From Bdellovibrionales bacterium (lineage in GTDB: Bacteria > Bdellovibrionota > UBA1018): a stretch of DNA of 64,000 bases. Where the stretch lies: the NCBI GenBank assembly GCA_016786465.1, contig JAEUWC010000019.1, positions 25,905 through 89,904 of the forward strand, given 5' to 3'. Positions 16,511 to 25,293 of this stretch are shown here, one piece after another. The notes below the pieces were generated by a model. That model searched no databases. It had not been told where the DNA came from and saw nothing but the letters and a program-made list of their open reading frames with translations. Within the stretch, counting starts at the first letter, position 1, and every line of letters starts with the position of its first letter. The translations under genes were made by a program, and so were the position numbers.

Positions 16511-17823
16511 TTTTGGCCTCGGTCCGTGGGTGCATCGATCGAGCGCGCCAGTCGAAAGCCAGAAAACTGCCACTGTGTCGCTGGTGGAAAAAAGTTTCTG
16601 TAAGTGGGGCGGAAATGGTTTCGGGGTGTGGCAACTGACCCCCCTCGAAGCACCATTTGGTTGATCATAAACTTTCCGTTGTATTCGCCCAGTGCTCCGT
16701 CCTGCGGTTTGAAACCCGGATAAGGAAGGTACGCGCTTTGGGTCCATTCCCAGACCTGTCCCGTGATTTCTAAAGGGCGATCCACATCCGTCGACCCAAC
16801 GGACTGGGGTTCGCTAGGTGCCACGTCTAAGAAGTGCTTTTGCGTGCGCGAAACCTGGTTCGAAGTGGCCGCAAGTTCCCATTCGTTTTCGGTCGGCAAT
16901 CTGGCGCCGTGGGTCCGGCAATAGGCATCCGCTTCGAAATACGAAACGTGGGAAACGGGACTATCTAGCCAAAGGGGATCCGCCATGGATACGGGGCCAT
17001 TCAGGGTGTAAACGCTTTTGTTTTTTAAATCCCAATACATAGGCGCGACAGGTCGTCGATCCCATCCGTCGGATAGCCATTTCCTGGGGTCCGCATAAGC
17101 CTTGGATTTTAGGAACTCCAGGTACTCTCCATTGCGCACCCAAGTGGACGACATTTCAAATGGGGCCACCCAGTTCGAATACCGAGGCGCTTCGTTGTCG
17201 AAGTGGAAGCCTTTTCCCGAAAAACCGGTTTCAATCAGGGCCCCTTCAAAGCGAACCCATTTCCGGGTCAAAGAAGATCTGGGATCAGCGTTCCGCGGGG
17301 AACTGTTTTTGAAGTAGCTGGGCAAAAGGGGCTGTAAACCGAGAATCGACTTTAAGTCGGTAATCAGAAGTTCCTGGTGCTGCATTTCGTGGTGAATTCC
17401 CACCTCGAGATTCGAAAGAATTCTATTTTGGCTTTGAGGATCGAGCTTGGGCAGCTGCTTTCCCAACAAGTGCGCCATTTTTTCGTCGCAGTCTTTTCGG
17501 TACTGCATCACGGATTTCAAATTCGGCCGGGACAGATGAACGCGTCGGTTTCGATCCAGGTGATCGCCTAGGCCCTTGTAGTAAGAATTGAAAAGGTAAC
17601 CAAACTGCGGATGAAAAGCATCGTGCTTGGCTTCAGCCATCAAGATGAAGGTTTCAAAGAACCAAGTGGTGTGGGCCAAGTGCCATTTCAGGGGGCTTGC
17701 TTCTGGAATAGGTGCAACATTGAAGTCGTCTGGGTCCAGGGGTTCGACAATCGCAAGGCTTAGGGCTCGCGTTTTTTGAAAGTCTTCCAGTAATGAAACC
17801 GAAGTGGCGGTTGCTTCTTTCAT
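16507..17823 (-). CDS. egtB: EgtB-like sulfoxide synthase: DinB_2 domain plus FGE-sulfatase (formylglycine-generating-enzyme-like) domain
   Basis: N-terminal WHLAHTTWFFETFIL and C-terminal ...GGSVATPRNHFRPTYRNFFPPATQWQFSGFRLARS are typical of EgtB/OvoA-class iron sulfoxide synthases. Confidence 0.75.
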   Translation of the reverse strand: MKEATATSVSLLEDFQKTRALSLAIVEPLDPDDFNVAPIPEASPLKWHLAHTTWFFETFILMAEAKHDAFHPQFGYLFNSYYKGLGDHLDRNRRVHLSRPNLKSVMQYRKDCDEKMAHLLGKQLPKLDPQSQNRILSNLEVGIHHEMQHQELLITDLKSILGLQPLLPSYFKNSSPRNADPRSSLTRKWVRFEGALIETGFSGKGFHFDNEAPRYSNWVAPFEMSSTWVRNGEYLEFLKSKAYADPRKWLSDGWDRRPVAPMYWDLKNKSVYTLNGPVSMADPLWLDSPVSHVSYFEADAYCRTHGARLPTENEWELAATSNQVSRTQKHFLDVAPSEPQSVGSTDVDRPLEITGQVWEWTQSAYLPYPGFKPQDGALGEYNGKFMINQMVLRGGSVATPRNHFRPTYRNFFPPATQWQFSGFRLARSIDAPTDRGQK

Positions 17824-17848
17824 ATGAATACGTTACGGGGAATTTCAT

Positions 17849-18829
17849 ATGAAAAATTCCCTGGGTCCAATTTCAAATTTCATCAAACACAATTTTCGCC
17901 ATTTCAATGCGGCCGCTTTGGTTGATGCTGCAGAGGGCTATAAAACACACCTGGATTCCGGGGGAAAAATGATGGTGACGCTGGCCGGTGCCATGAGCAC
18001 TGCCGAATTGGGACTGACCTTGGCGGAAATGATTCGCCAGGACAAAGTCCACTTGATTAGCTGTACCGGCGCAAACCTGGAAGAAGACGTCTTCAATTTA
18101 GTTGCGCATAGTCACTATGAACGTGTTCCACACTACCGCCAGCTTTCACCACAAGATGAAGTGAAGCTTTTGGAAAAACACATGAATCGCGTCACTGACA
18201 CCTGTATTCCTGAAGGCGAAGCGATGCGCCGCATGGAAAAGGTCATGTTGGAACTTTGGACGGATGCTGACAAGAAGGGTGAAAGCTACTTCCCGCACGA
18301 ATTTTTCTACAAAGCAATCCTGAGCGGTAAGCTCAAACAATTTTACGAAATCGACCCGAAGGATAGTTGGATGGTTGCGGCTGCGGAAAAAAATCTGCCG
18401 ATGATCGTTCCAGGCTGGGAAGATTCAACGCTAGGCAATATGTACGCTGCAGCATGTATGCGCGGCGATGTGAAACGCGTTCATACGACGCGCACTGGAA
18501 TCGAATACATGACCTCACTTGCGGAATTCTATCAGTCCGTAACGAAGCGCGCTTCTCTTGGGATGTTTCAAATTGGCGGTGGCATTGCCGGCGACTTCCC
18601 AATTTGTGTCGTTCCAATGCTTCACCAGGACATGGGAATTGAAGCACGTCTTTGGGGATACTTTGCGCAAATCAGCGATTCAACCACCAGCTATGGATCC
18701 TATTCAGGCGCTGTTCCGAACGAGAAAATCACCTGGGGTAAGCTCGGCGTCGACACTCCTAAGTTCATTGTCGAATCCGATGCAACCATCGTTGCTCCGC
18801 TGATCTTTTCGTACATCTTGAACCACTAA
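17849..18829 (+). CDS. Deoxyhypusine synthase-like (DHS/homospermidine-synthase fold) protein
   Basis: LISCTGANLEEDVFNLV resembles the DHS TTAGG.EEDL block. About 326 aa, consistent with bacterial DHS-like proteins. Confidence 0.5.
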   Translation: MKNSLGPISNFIKHNFRHFNAAALVDAAEGYKTHLDSGGKMMVTLAGAMSTAELGLTLAEMIRQDKVHLISCTGANLEEDVFNLVAHSHYERVPHYRQLSPQDEVKLLEKHMNRVTDTCIPEGEAMRRMEKVMLELWTDADKKGESYFPHEFFYKAILSGKLKQFYEIDPKDSWMVAAAEKNLPMIVPGWEDSTLGNMYAAACMRGDVKRVHTTRTGIEYMTSLAEFYQSVTKRASLGMFQIGGGIAGDFPICVVPMLHQDMGIEARLWGYFAQISDSTTSYGSYSGAVPNEKITWGKLGVDTPKFIVESDATIVAPLIFSYILNH

Positions 18830-19110
18830 GCTTTGACCGGCCCGGATCAACCCAGGGCGTTGACTATTCATCTCGAAAGGACTTGAGTAGTCACCTGTAA
18901 CTTATTGAAATATATTACTTTCTCGATTTGGATATTCAATCTAAAGTCTCGAGATCATTCGCTTTTTACGATCTTAACCGTTAGGCGGGAAAAGTGTACA
19001 TTTTGTCTCGTGCCGTGCCCTAACTTGTTGTAAGTCAAGCGGTTATTAGTGAATGTTAAGTATTCATCAAATCTGTAAACTAAAGTTTAGACTTCGCCGA
19101 TAATTAACTC

Positions 19111-20643
19111 GTGAAGACACATACTCGGGTTTTGACCATACCAGTCATGTTTGGCTCAATAGCGGTTTGGCTAGGAGCATCTCAGCTTCATGCGGCGCCC
19201 CCTGGGAGCGGTATGCGGGCCGGATCCTTGGTTTCCGCTTTAACGACAGCGCGGCGCGCAGAAGTCGCGCGGGACTTTGGGAAAGCTTACGGGCTTTATG
19301 ACGCGATTGAGAAGCAGCCCGATATGCTGGGTGTCGGAATGGCGGGGAAGGTTCGAATTCTTTCTTCTCAGGGGAATTACGCACGCGCGATCGAAATGGC
19401 GACCGAGTTTATTGACGCAGGTAATCCATTTCAGTTTGAAGTTCGTTTGGCTCGCACCGAGGCGTGGATTCGAAGCGGTGATCGTGAAAAATGCGTGAAA
19501 GAGCTTGAGAGAATCGAGCGTATTGACGCAAGTCATCCAGAAGTCATTTTCCAGCGGGGACTTTTGGCTTTTGAGAACAAAGAGTACCTGACCGCGCGTA
19601 CATTGTTTACCCGCGCCGTAAAGACCGATGACAAGCACCTTCGTGCACGTTTTCATCTGGGCCGCGTTTTGATGCAGTTGGCAAGTTACGACCAAGCGAT
19701 CGCTGAATTTAATATTTTGTTGGATGGTTACCCAAACCAAGTCGAGTTCTTAGGGTACCTGGGTGATTCGTTATTGGCCGTGCGTCGTTACAAAGACGCG
19801 ATTGACGCTTATCGTCGAATTTTAAAGGAAAATCCAGCATCGGGTCTGGCTTATGAACGCTTGGCTGATGTCGAAGTCGAAAAGTCGAATTTGGATCAGG
19901 GCATCGATCTTTACAAGCAAAGCTTGGAATTCGATGCAATGCGCGCAACTGCGTCATTGAAGCTTTCGAAAGTCTATCAGCGCAAGGGTCGCCTTGCAGA
20001 AGCTCGGATTGAACTTCAAAAAGCGATCAATCGTGCTCCGAGCAATGAATCCTTGGCTCAAGAATTCGTAGCCGTTTTGGAAAAGGAACGTCGCTTTGAT
20101 CAAGCCGGTATATTCCTGAAAAACTTCCACGAACGTTTTGCAGACAATACCTGGGCCTTTGTTCGTTACACGCGGATGCTTTTGGCTCTGGACGAAAACA
20201 AGGAAGCCAAGTCTGTGGTCGAGCGTCACCTGGCTCAGCGTCACGAGCAAAGCTTGGAAACGATTCTGCTGACCGCGGAAGTCTATCGTCGTAACGAAGC
20301 TTACGCCAAGGCCTTGGCGGTTTTAGAAGACGCCAATAAAACTTGGCCTGACACGGACCTGGTTTTGTTCAACATGGCCGTGATCAAGGATTTAGATCAG
20401 AAGAACAAAGAAGCCTTGGATGCATACGCCAAGGTTCCACCGAGTTCGTCTTTGTATTCGAAAGCTGTAGTCAACACCGCATTAGTCCACGAACGCATGG
20501 GTAAGACCGACGTCGCCCTTCGAATCCTGCAAGGCGTTGAATTGCCAGGAACCGAAGGCGCATTGGTTCGCGCCAAGATCAAAGAATTGGCGATGTCCAT
20601 GGAAAGAAATCCCGCATCCGCGGAAGGAAAATCTAAAAAATGA
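19111..20643 (+). CDS. Secreted tetratricopeptide-repeat (TPR) protein, first gene of a four-gene envelope operon
   Basis: Signal peptide, then multiple ~34-aa repeats with the W-LG-Y / A-F / P pattern (...AIAEFNILLDGYPNQVEFLGYLGDSLL...). Confidence 0.65.
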   Translation: MKTHTRVLTIPVMFGSIAVWLGASQLHAAPPGSGMRAGSLVSALTTARRAEVARDFGKAYGLYDAIEKQPDMLGVGMAGKVRILSSQGNYARAIEMATEFIDAGNPFQFEVRLARTEAWIRSGDREKCVKELERIERIDASHPEVIFQRGLLAFENKEYLTARTLFTRAVKTDDKHLRARFHLGRVLMQLASYDQAIAEFNILLDGYPNQVEFLGYLGDSLLAVRRYKDAIDAYRRILKENPASGLAYERLADVEVEKSNLDQGIDLYKQSLEFDAMRATASLKLSKVYQRKGRLAEARIELQKAINRAPSNESLAQEFVAVLEKERRFDQAGIFLKNFHERFADNTWAFVRYTRMLLALDENKEAKSVVERHLAQRHEQSLETILLTAEVYRRNEAYAKALAVLEDANKTWPDTDLVLFNMAVIKDLDQKNKEALDAYAKVPPSSSLYSKAVVNTALVHERMGKTDVALRILQGVELPGTEGALVRAKIKELAMSMERNPASAEGKSKK

Positions 20644-21575
20644 AGGTACTGATCCAAATGAAGGGGCATTGGGTTGTGCATACCCGAGCACTTTTGGTCA
20701 TCGCAGGAGCAGTCGGGTGCATCGTGGGAATCGGTGCGGCGAAGAAGTCGACCGCTTCGGCCAACGTCGTTCACTTTGAAGTGAAGAAAGGTGACGGAGC
20801 CAAGACGCTTTCAAAGAAGCTTTACGGATCGCGTTGCTATTGGAACGAAATCATCGCGCACAACCCCAAGTTTTTTAAAAAGAACATCCTTTTGCCCAGA
20901 AACGTTCGCATCAAGTTCAATCCCTATCAGCTGGTTTCTAAAGAAAGTTTAAAGTGCCAAGGTCCAATGCCACATTCCAAAGATTCAGCGATTTCGTTCG
21001 CGTATCTGGATGCAAGCGGGTTGAAACCCAATAAGCCGGCAGTCATGCGCAAAAAGTCAGCTTTGGCATCGTCACCTGCTTTGATTCAGCGAAAGCCGGC
21101 CTCGAAAACGCAGGCCTCTCTTCCAAAAGAAGTGAAAGCCGATTCGACTAAAGACGTACGCGTGATCGTGCCTTCGAAACCCGTTACGGCACCCGTGGCC
21201 GAATCCGGAAATTCTGCTGACGCTCCTGCGTTGGTTGAAGTCAACTTATCCAAGCAATCGCCTGTGAAGTATCCGGTCCGGCAAAAAGAAACTTACGCCG
21301 CAGTCGAGACTGAAAAAATCTCGGCTTCGGAAGTGAAAAAGGTTCGCCCGATTGCGCCTTCGACGGCAAAAGCCAGCGACATTGGCCCAGTTAGCCTGAC
21401 TTCATTCTACGAACTTGCGATTCCAGATTCGAAGAAGATTGCCGAAGTAGCACTTTCGAAGTCACCGCCTAAAGTTAGGGCTGATTTTGTTCCTTCTGAA
21501 CCCATTCCCGTTAAAAGAGTTCCTGCATCACAGCCCAGTCTTGGGCAGAAAGCTCTTGAGGTTCAGGCTCTATGA
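20640..21575 (+). CDS. LysM-domain membrane protein with a Pro/Ala/Ser-rich linker
   Basis: TM helix LLVIAGAVGCIVGIGAA, then VVHFEVKKGDGAKTLSKKLYG..W.EII..N......ILLPRNVRIKF (LysM pattern). Overlaps the TPR stop by 4 nt. Confidence 0.6.
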   Translation: MKVLIQMKGHWVVHTRALLVIAGAVGCIVGIGAAKKSTASANVVHFEVKKGDGAKTLSKKLYGSRCYWNEIIAHNPKFFKKNILLPRNVRIKFNPYQLVSKESLKCQGPMPHSKDSAISFAYLDASGLKPNKPAVMRKKSALASSPALIQRKPASKTQASLPKEVKADSTKDVRVIVPSKPVTAPVAESGNSADAPALVEVNLSKQSPVKYPVRQKETYAAVETEKISASEVKKVRPIAPSTAKASDIGPVSLTSFYELAIPDSKKIAEVALSKSPPKVRADFVPSEPIPVKRVPASQPSLGQKALEVQAL

Positions 21576-22447
21576 TTTTCTCGTCACGTCCTCTTGCATT
21601 GCTTATCCTTTCTTCTTCGATCTCGGCTTGGGGAATGACTTCCGCTTGGGCGGATGAAGATTGGACCGGTGGGTCGGGTGGGGGATCCCCAGACACGGGT
21701 GGTGCCATCATGATTGATGGTTCAGGAGAAATGGCAAGTGGTCTTGGCGCTCAGCCTGGATTGATTCTAGGTGGGGGCGGGATGTTCTTGATGCCCAATT
21801 ACCAAGTCAGCAGTGCTCCGGGATCTTTTTCTGCAACTGCGCCTGGAAATTCGGGTTTTGGTTGGAGCGCAATGGCTCGAATTGGATATGCGCAGGGCCG
21901 CGCTTTTCACCTAGAATACCAAACATTCTCGAAGGTTTTTGACGTTCCTTCATCTACCGGTTTAAGTCCTGCAACTTCTGAAGTCATTCGCCAAAGCGCG
22001 ACGATTCGCCACGATTGGGATTTGAACGAAAGATGGAAAATCGGAATTGGCATCATGGGCCGCCACCGTTCGGCAGGCCTGACGACACCTAGGCTTCTTT
22101 TTGCTCGTCACGTGGCACATGGGCTTTCAGCCTTCGTCGGGTACGAACGTCCGGTCGGAAGATTCAGAATGTGGTCGGAAGTAGAATTCCGCCTTCCAGT
22201 CTTCTTTCGTGAATTCGGACAATCCACGGGCGATCGCACCTTCTTAGGTGAAGGTCGCGCACAGCTTGGAACTAAATTTTATTTGGGAACCAGCAAAGAT
22301 TTCGGAGTCTCTTTTGAACTCCGCGCAAGCGTTCGTTACGACTACGAACTGAATCGATTCGAAGGAACAGGTTCGCGAGGAACTTCAAACGCAACCGAAA
22401 CGTTTTCCTTTTTCTCGGTACCAGTTGAACTCAGGATTTTATTTTAA
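21572..22447 (+). CDS. Putative outer-membrane β-barrel protein
   Basis: Signal peptide, Gly-rich N-terminus, alternating hydrophobic strands, terminal ...VELRILF (C-terminal Phe OMP signature). Overlaps the LysM stop by 4 nt. Confidence 0.5.
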   Translation: MIFSSRPLALLILSSSISAWGMTSAWADEDWTGGSGGGSPDTGGAIMIDGSGEMASGLGAQPGLILGGGGMFLMPNYQVSSAPGSFSATAPGNSGFGWSAMARIGYAQGRAFHLEYQTFSKVFDVPSSTGLSPATSEVIRQSATIRHDWDLNERWKIGIGIMGRHRSAGLTTPRLLFARHVAHGLSAFVGYERPVGRFRMWSEVEFRLPVFFREFGQSTGDRTFLGEGRAQLGTKFYLGTSKDFGVSFELRASVRYDYELNRFEGTGSRGTSNATETFSFFSVPVELRILF

Positions 22448-22458
22448 GAGGCGGAACT

Positions 22459-25290
22459 ATGAAGAAAATCATGGAAAAAAGACTTATGTCGGAAATTCCT
22501 GAAGTCCTAAAGCAAGGGATCCTTGCAGCCGGACTGACCATTGTGGTTTCAGCATGTTCGGCCGAAGTGACAGTGTCGGGCGTAACCACCGATAGCGGCG
22601 GCGGATCCGGTAGCAGCTCCATGGATCTGACTTCGTGTAGTTCTGAAGTGATCGATTACGGAACCAAAGGTGGCGGTGCAGCGACGGTTCAGCGCGGTCA
22701 ATTCAGCAGTGTCGCCATGATTCCGGGAACCAGCTATCCCGCCGTGGCCTATATTGATGGATCCTATGGCGCTACCGGCTCGGGGGCAAACGTCATTAAG
22801 TTTCGCTATTACAACGGAACGACCTGGGTTCAAGAAATTGTTGGGCCTGCCGGCGTCGCTCGGCAGCTGAAGCTTGCGTTCCTCAGTACGGGTTCTCCGA
22901 TTTTGTTTTGGTCAGATTCTTCGCAAGAAGGCGCGGCCACAAACCAAGTCGGGCGACTTCGTTTTGCGGCCCGAAATTCTGCAATCACGGCTTCTTCGCT
23001 TTCGACTTCAACCTGGTCGACCACTCAGTTACATTCGGTCACTGCGGCAGCAGCAGCTGTGCCTGAATTTGTGGGAATCGACGTCGCCGTCAGCCCAACG
23101 GACGCCGTTTTGGTGACCTACTTAAGTTCAACTGGCAGTGCAACCAACAACCGTGCACCTCGAATGGCTCTTTGCTTGTCTGATTGTACTTCGGCATCCA
23201 ATTACAATTACAAGACGTCGGCGGTATCAACTGCGGCGGATAACGTTGCAAGCACTGCGCAAGTGACGACGGCGATCGCAGTTACAAAGACCGCAGCTCA
23301 GTGGTGCAAATCGGGATCTAGCTACTATCCGGCGATGATGTGGCCAACTTCAAATACGACTCTTTCGTATGCGGTTTGCAACAACGCCACACTTTCAAAC
23401 TGCACGACGCCCACGACGGGAACTTGGAACGCAAACGGCACAGTACTTACGCCGGCTGGCACCAACGTGATGGGTTTTGACATGGTCATTGATCCTACTG
23501 TCGATGCGACGACGGGCAGTGAAAAAGTGAAAGTCGCTGTGGGGTCGTCTGCCGGCGGTATTCGAATCGCCGAATCGACGACCAATTGCGACACTCCAGG
23601 AACCATGAACTGGACGGTTGCTGGTCAGATCACCGGAACGCCCAATAACTTTGGGCAAAACGGGAACATTGAATTGATGAAAGATCCGGGCACCGGAACC
23701 TTTCACATCATTGGTAACAACACGAATACTGCGATTTCGTACACGAATACTTCAGGATCGGCGACGCCAACGGCTTTCAACACTTTGACCTCTTGGAATA
23801 CCTTGGTCAGTGCGGAAACTCCGGGCGGAGCAACCGTTGTTCAATCGACGACGGTTTTGAACTTAGGCAATAACCTGGGTGCTGCTTTTTATGGAACGGG
23901 CGCAACCAGTAAAATCTATCTGACTTACGCAACTGCAGCGGCAACCATTGTGACGCCGGCTTATCAGATGCGAGTGGTTCAAGTGCAAAACCCAAGCGTC
24001 GCTTCAAACAGTGGCGCCCAGGCTTTTGCCGGAGAATTCCCCGATACAACGGGAAATATCTCGATCCCATTTGCCAGCGCTAACCCTGCGCCTTGGCGTG
24101 CATTGAAGCTGGATCATACGGCTGCTGGGATTCCGGCAATCGCTTATACCGATTATTCGGAAACCGGCGGTTTGGCTGGAAATTTGGGAAAATTGAAGTT
24201 TGCAGTGCGCAACGGTTCTTCGGCCGGTGACGCGTGGACAACCACCACGGTTGCTTCGTCAGGGCAGAAGATTCTTCCTTATCTTCATTATGCTCCAACC
24301 GAAAACCGTCCTTACATTGCGGCTTTCGATGCGTCGGTGAACCAGTTTGTTTTGTACAAAGGCAGCGCGGTGGATGGTGGAACCTTCACGGGCTATTCTT
24401 TCCCAAGTTTAGGAACACTGACCGCAGCGACTAACCCGATTTCAAACGAAGCTTGCTTGGCGCATTACACCAGCGGCGGCGTGGAATACATCGTTATGGT
24501 CGCCTTGGTGGGAAGTGTGACCACACCAGCGACTTACTCGCAGAAGATCGTTTCGGCGCAGTTTAATACGGCGACCAACACTTTTGGCGCCCTTTCAACG
24601 ACTCCGGCTTCCATGACTAACGCCAACGGCGGCTATGGACTGAGCTGTATTTCCGATTCTAGCGGAAACATCGGTGTGGCGTATGTCGATCAAACAGCTA
24701 CGGTCGCAAACGGTTCAGTTCGTTATGTTTCAAGTTCGGATGGTGGAGTGAACTGGGGAACTCCGTTGAACGTCGGATCAACCGGCGCAGGCACGGGGGC
24801 TTCGTTGACCCTTCACCCAACGACTGAAAAACCGGCGCTTTCGTACTATCAGACTGCCACCGGAAACGTCTTCTTTGCATCATGTAGTGGAACGGTTGCG
24901 ACTTGCGGTACCAGCGGCTGGTCAGAAACGACGGCTTCTGCCGCAGTTGGAACCCAAAGCGCGATTGCAACTTCGAACGCTGTGACCGTTCAGGCGCTTC
25001 GCGCAGTACCGGTTTATTCAAGCTCGGGTGATCGTTATGTGATCTATTCGGCGGGACCTGCGGCCGGAGCAAACGCTCACTTGATGTACACCAAGTACAA
25101 CTCGACCTTCTTAAGCTTTGATCTTCCTGCGATCTTGACCCGCGGGAACAATATTGCAAGTGCCGTCGCGTTTACGCCGACGTATTCGGTTCCGATGATG
25201 CCGGATGCTCAGCGTAGCAGTACGGGTAGTTTGTCGGTCGCATACATTGCACCCGGAAACTATTTGGGCGTCACGACTTGCGGCGATTGA
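22459..25290 (+). CDS. Large (943 aa) Thr/Ser/Ala/Gly-rich surface lipoprotein with a BNR/Asp-box-like motif
   Basis: Lipobox IVVSACS. Extreme T/S/A/G composition with many N-x-T/S sites. SSSDGGVNWG matches the S-x-D-x-G-x-T-W Asp-box. Confidence 0.5.
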   Translation: MKKIMEKRLMSEIPEVLKQGILAAGLTIVVSACSAEVTVSGVTTDSGGGSGSSSMDLTSCSSEVIDYGTKGGGAATVQRGQFSSVAMIPGTSYPAVAYIDGSYGATGSGANVIKFRYYNGTTWVQEIVGPAGVARQLKLAFLSTGSPILFWSDSSQEGAATNQVGRLRFAARNSAITASSLSTSTWSTTQLHSVTAAAAAVPEFVGIDVAVSPTDAVLVTYLSSTGSATNNRAPRMALCLSDCTSASNYNYKTSAVSTAADNVASTAQVTTAIAVTKTAAQWCKSGSSYYPAMMWPTSNTTLSYAVCNNATLSNCTTPTTGTWNANGTVLTPAGTNVMGFDMVIDPTVDATTGSEKVKVAVGSSAGGIRIAESTTNCDTPGTMNWTVAGQITGTPNNFGQNGNIELMKDPGTGTFHIIGNNTNTAISYTNTSGSATPTAFNTLTSWNTLVSAETPGGATVVQSTTVLNLGNNLGAAFYGTGATSKIYLTYATAAATIVTPAYQMRVVQVQNPSVASNSGAQAFAGEFPDTTGNISIPFASANPAPWRALKLDHTAAGIPAIAYTDYSETGGLAGNLGKLKFAVRNGSSAGDAWTTTTVASSGQKILPYLHYAPTENRPYIAAFDASVNQFVLYKGSAVDGGTFTGYSFPSLGTLTAATNPISNEACLAHYTSGGVEYIVMVALVGSVTTPATYSQKIVSAQFNTATNTFGALSTTPASMTNANGGYGLSCISDSSGNIGVAYVDQTATVANGSVRYVSSSDGGVNWGTPLNVGSTGAGTGASLTLHPTTEKPALSYYQTATGNVFFASCSGTVATCGTSGWSETTASAAVGTQSAIATSNAVTVQALRAVPVYSSSGDRYVIYSAGPAAGANAHLMYTKYNSTFLSFDLPAILTRGNNIASAVAFTPTYSVPMMPDAQRSSTGSLSVAYIAPGNYLGVTTCGD

Positions 25291-25293
25291 TGC

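Noticed and set aside
15566-16747. Long form of egtD (393 aa) overlapping egtB by 241 nt
   Set aside because: The EgtD homology begins at the internal Met (MTPSFGQDILQGL...), whose ATG forms an ATGA junction with the egtB stop. The N-terminal extension has no similarity to EgtD.
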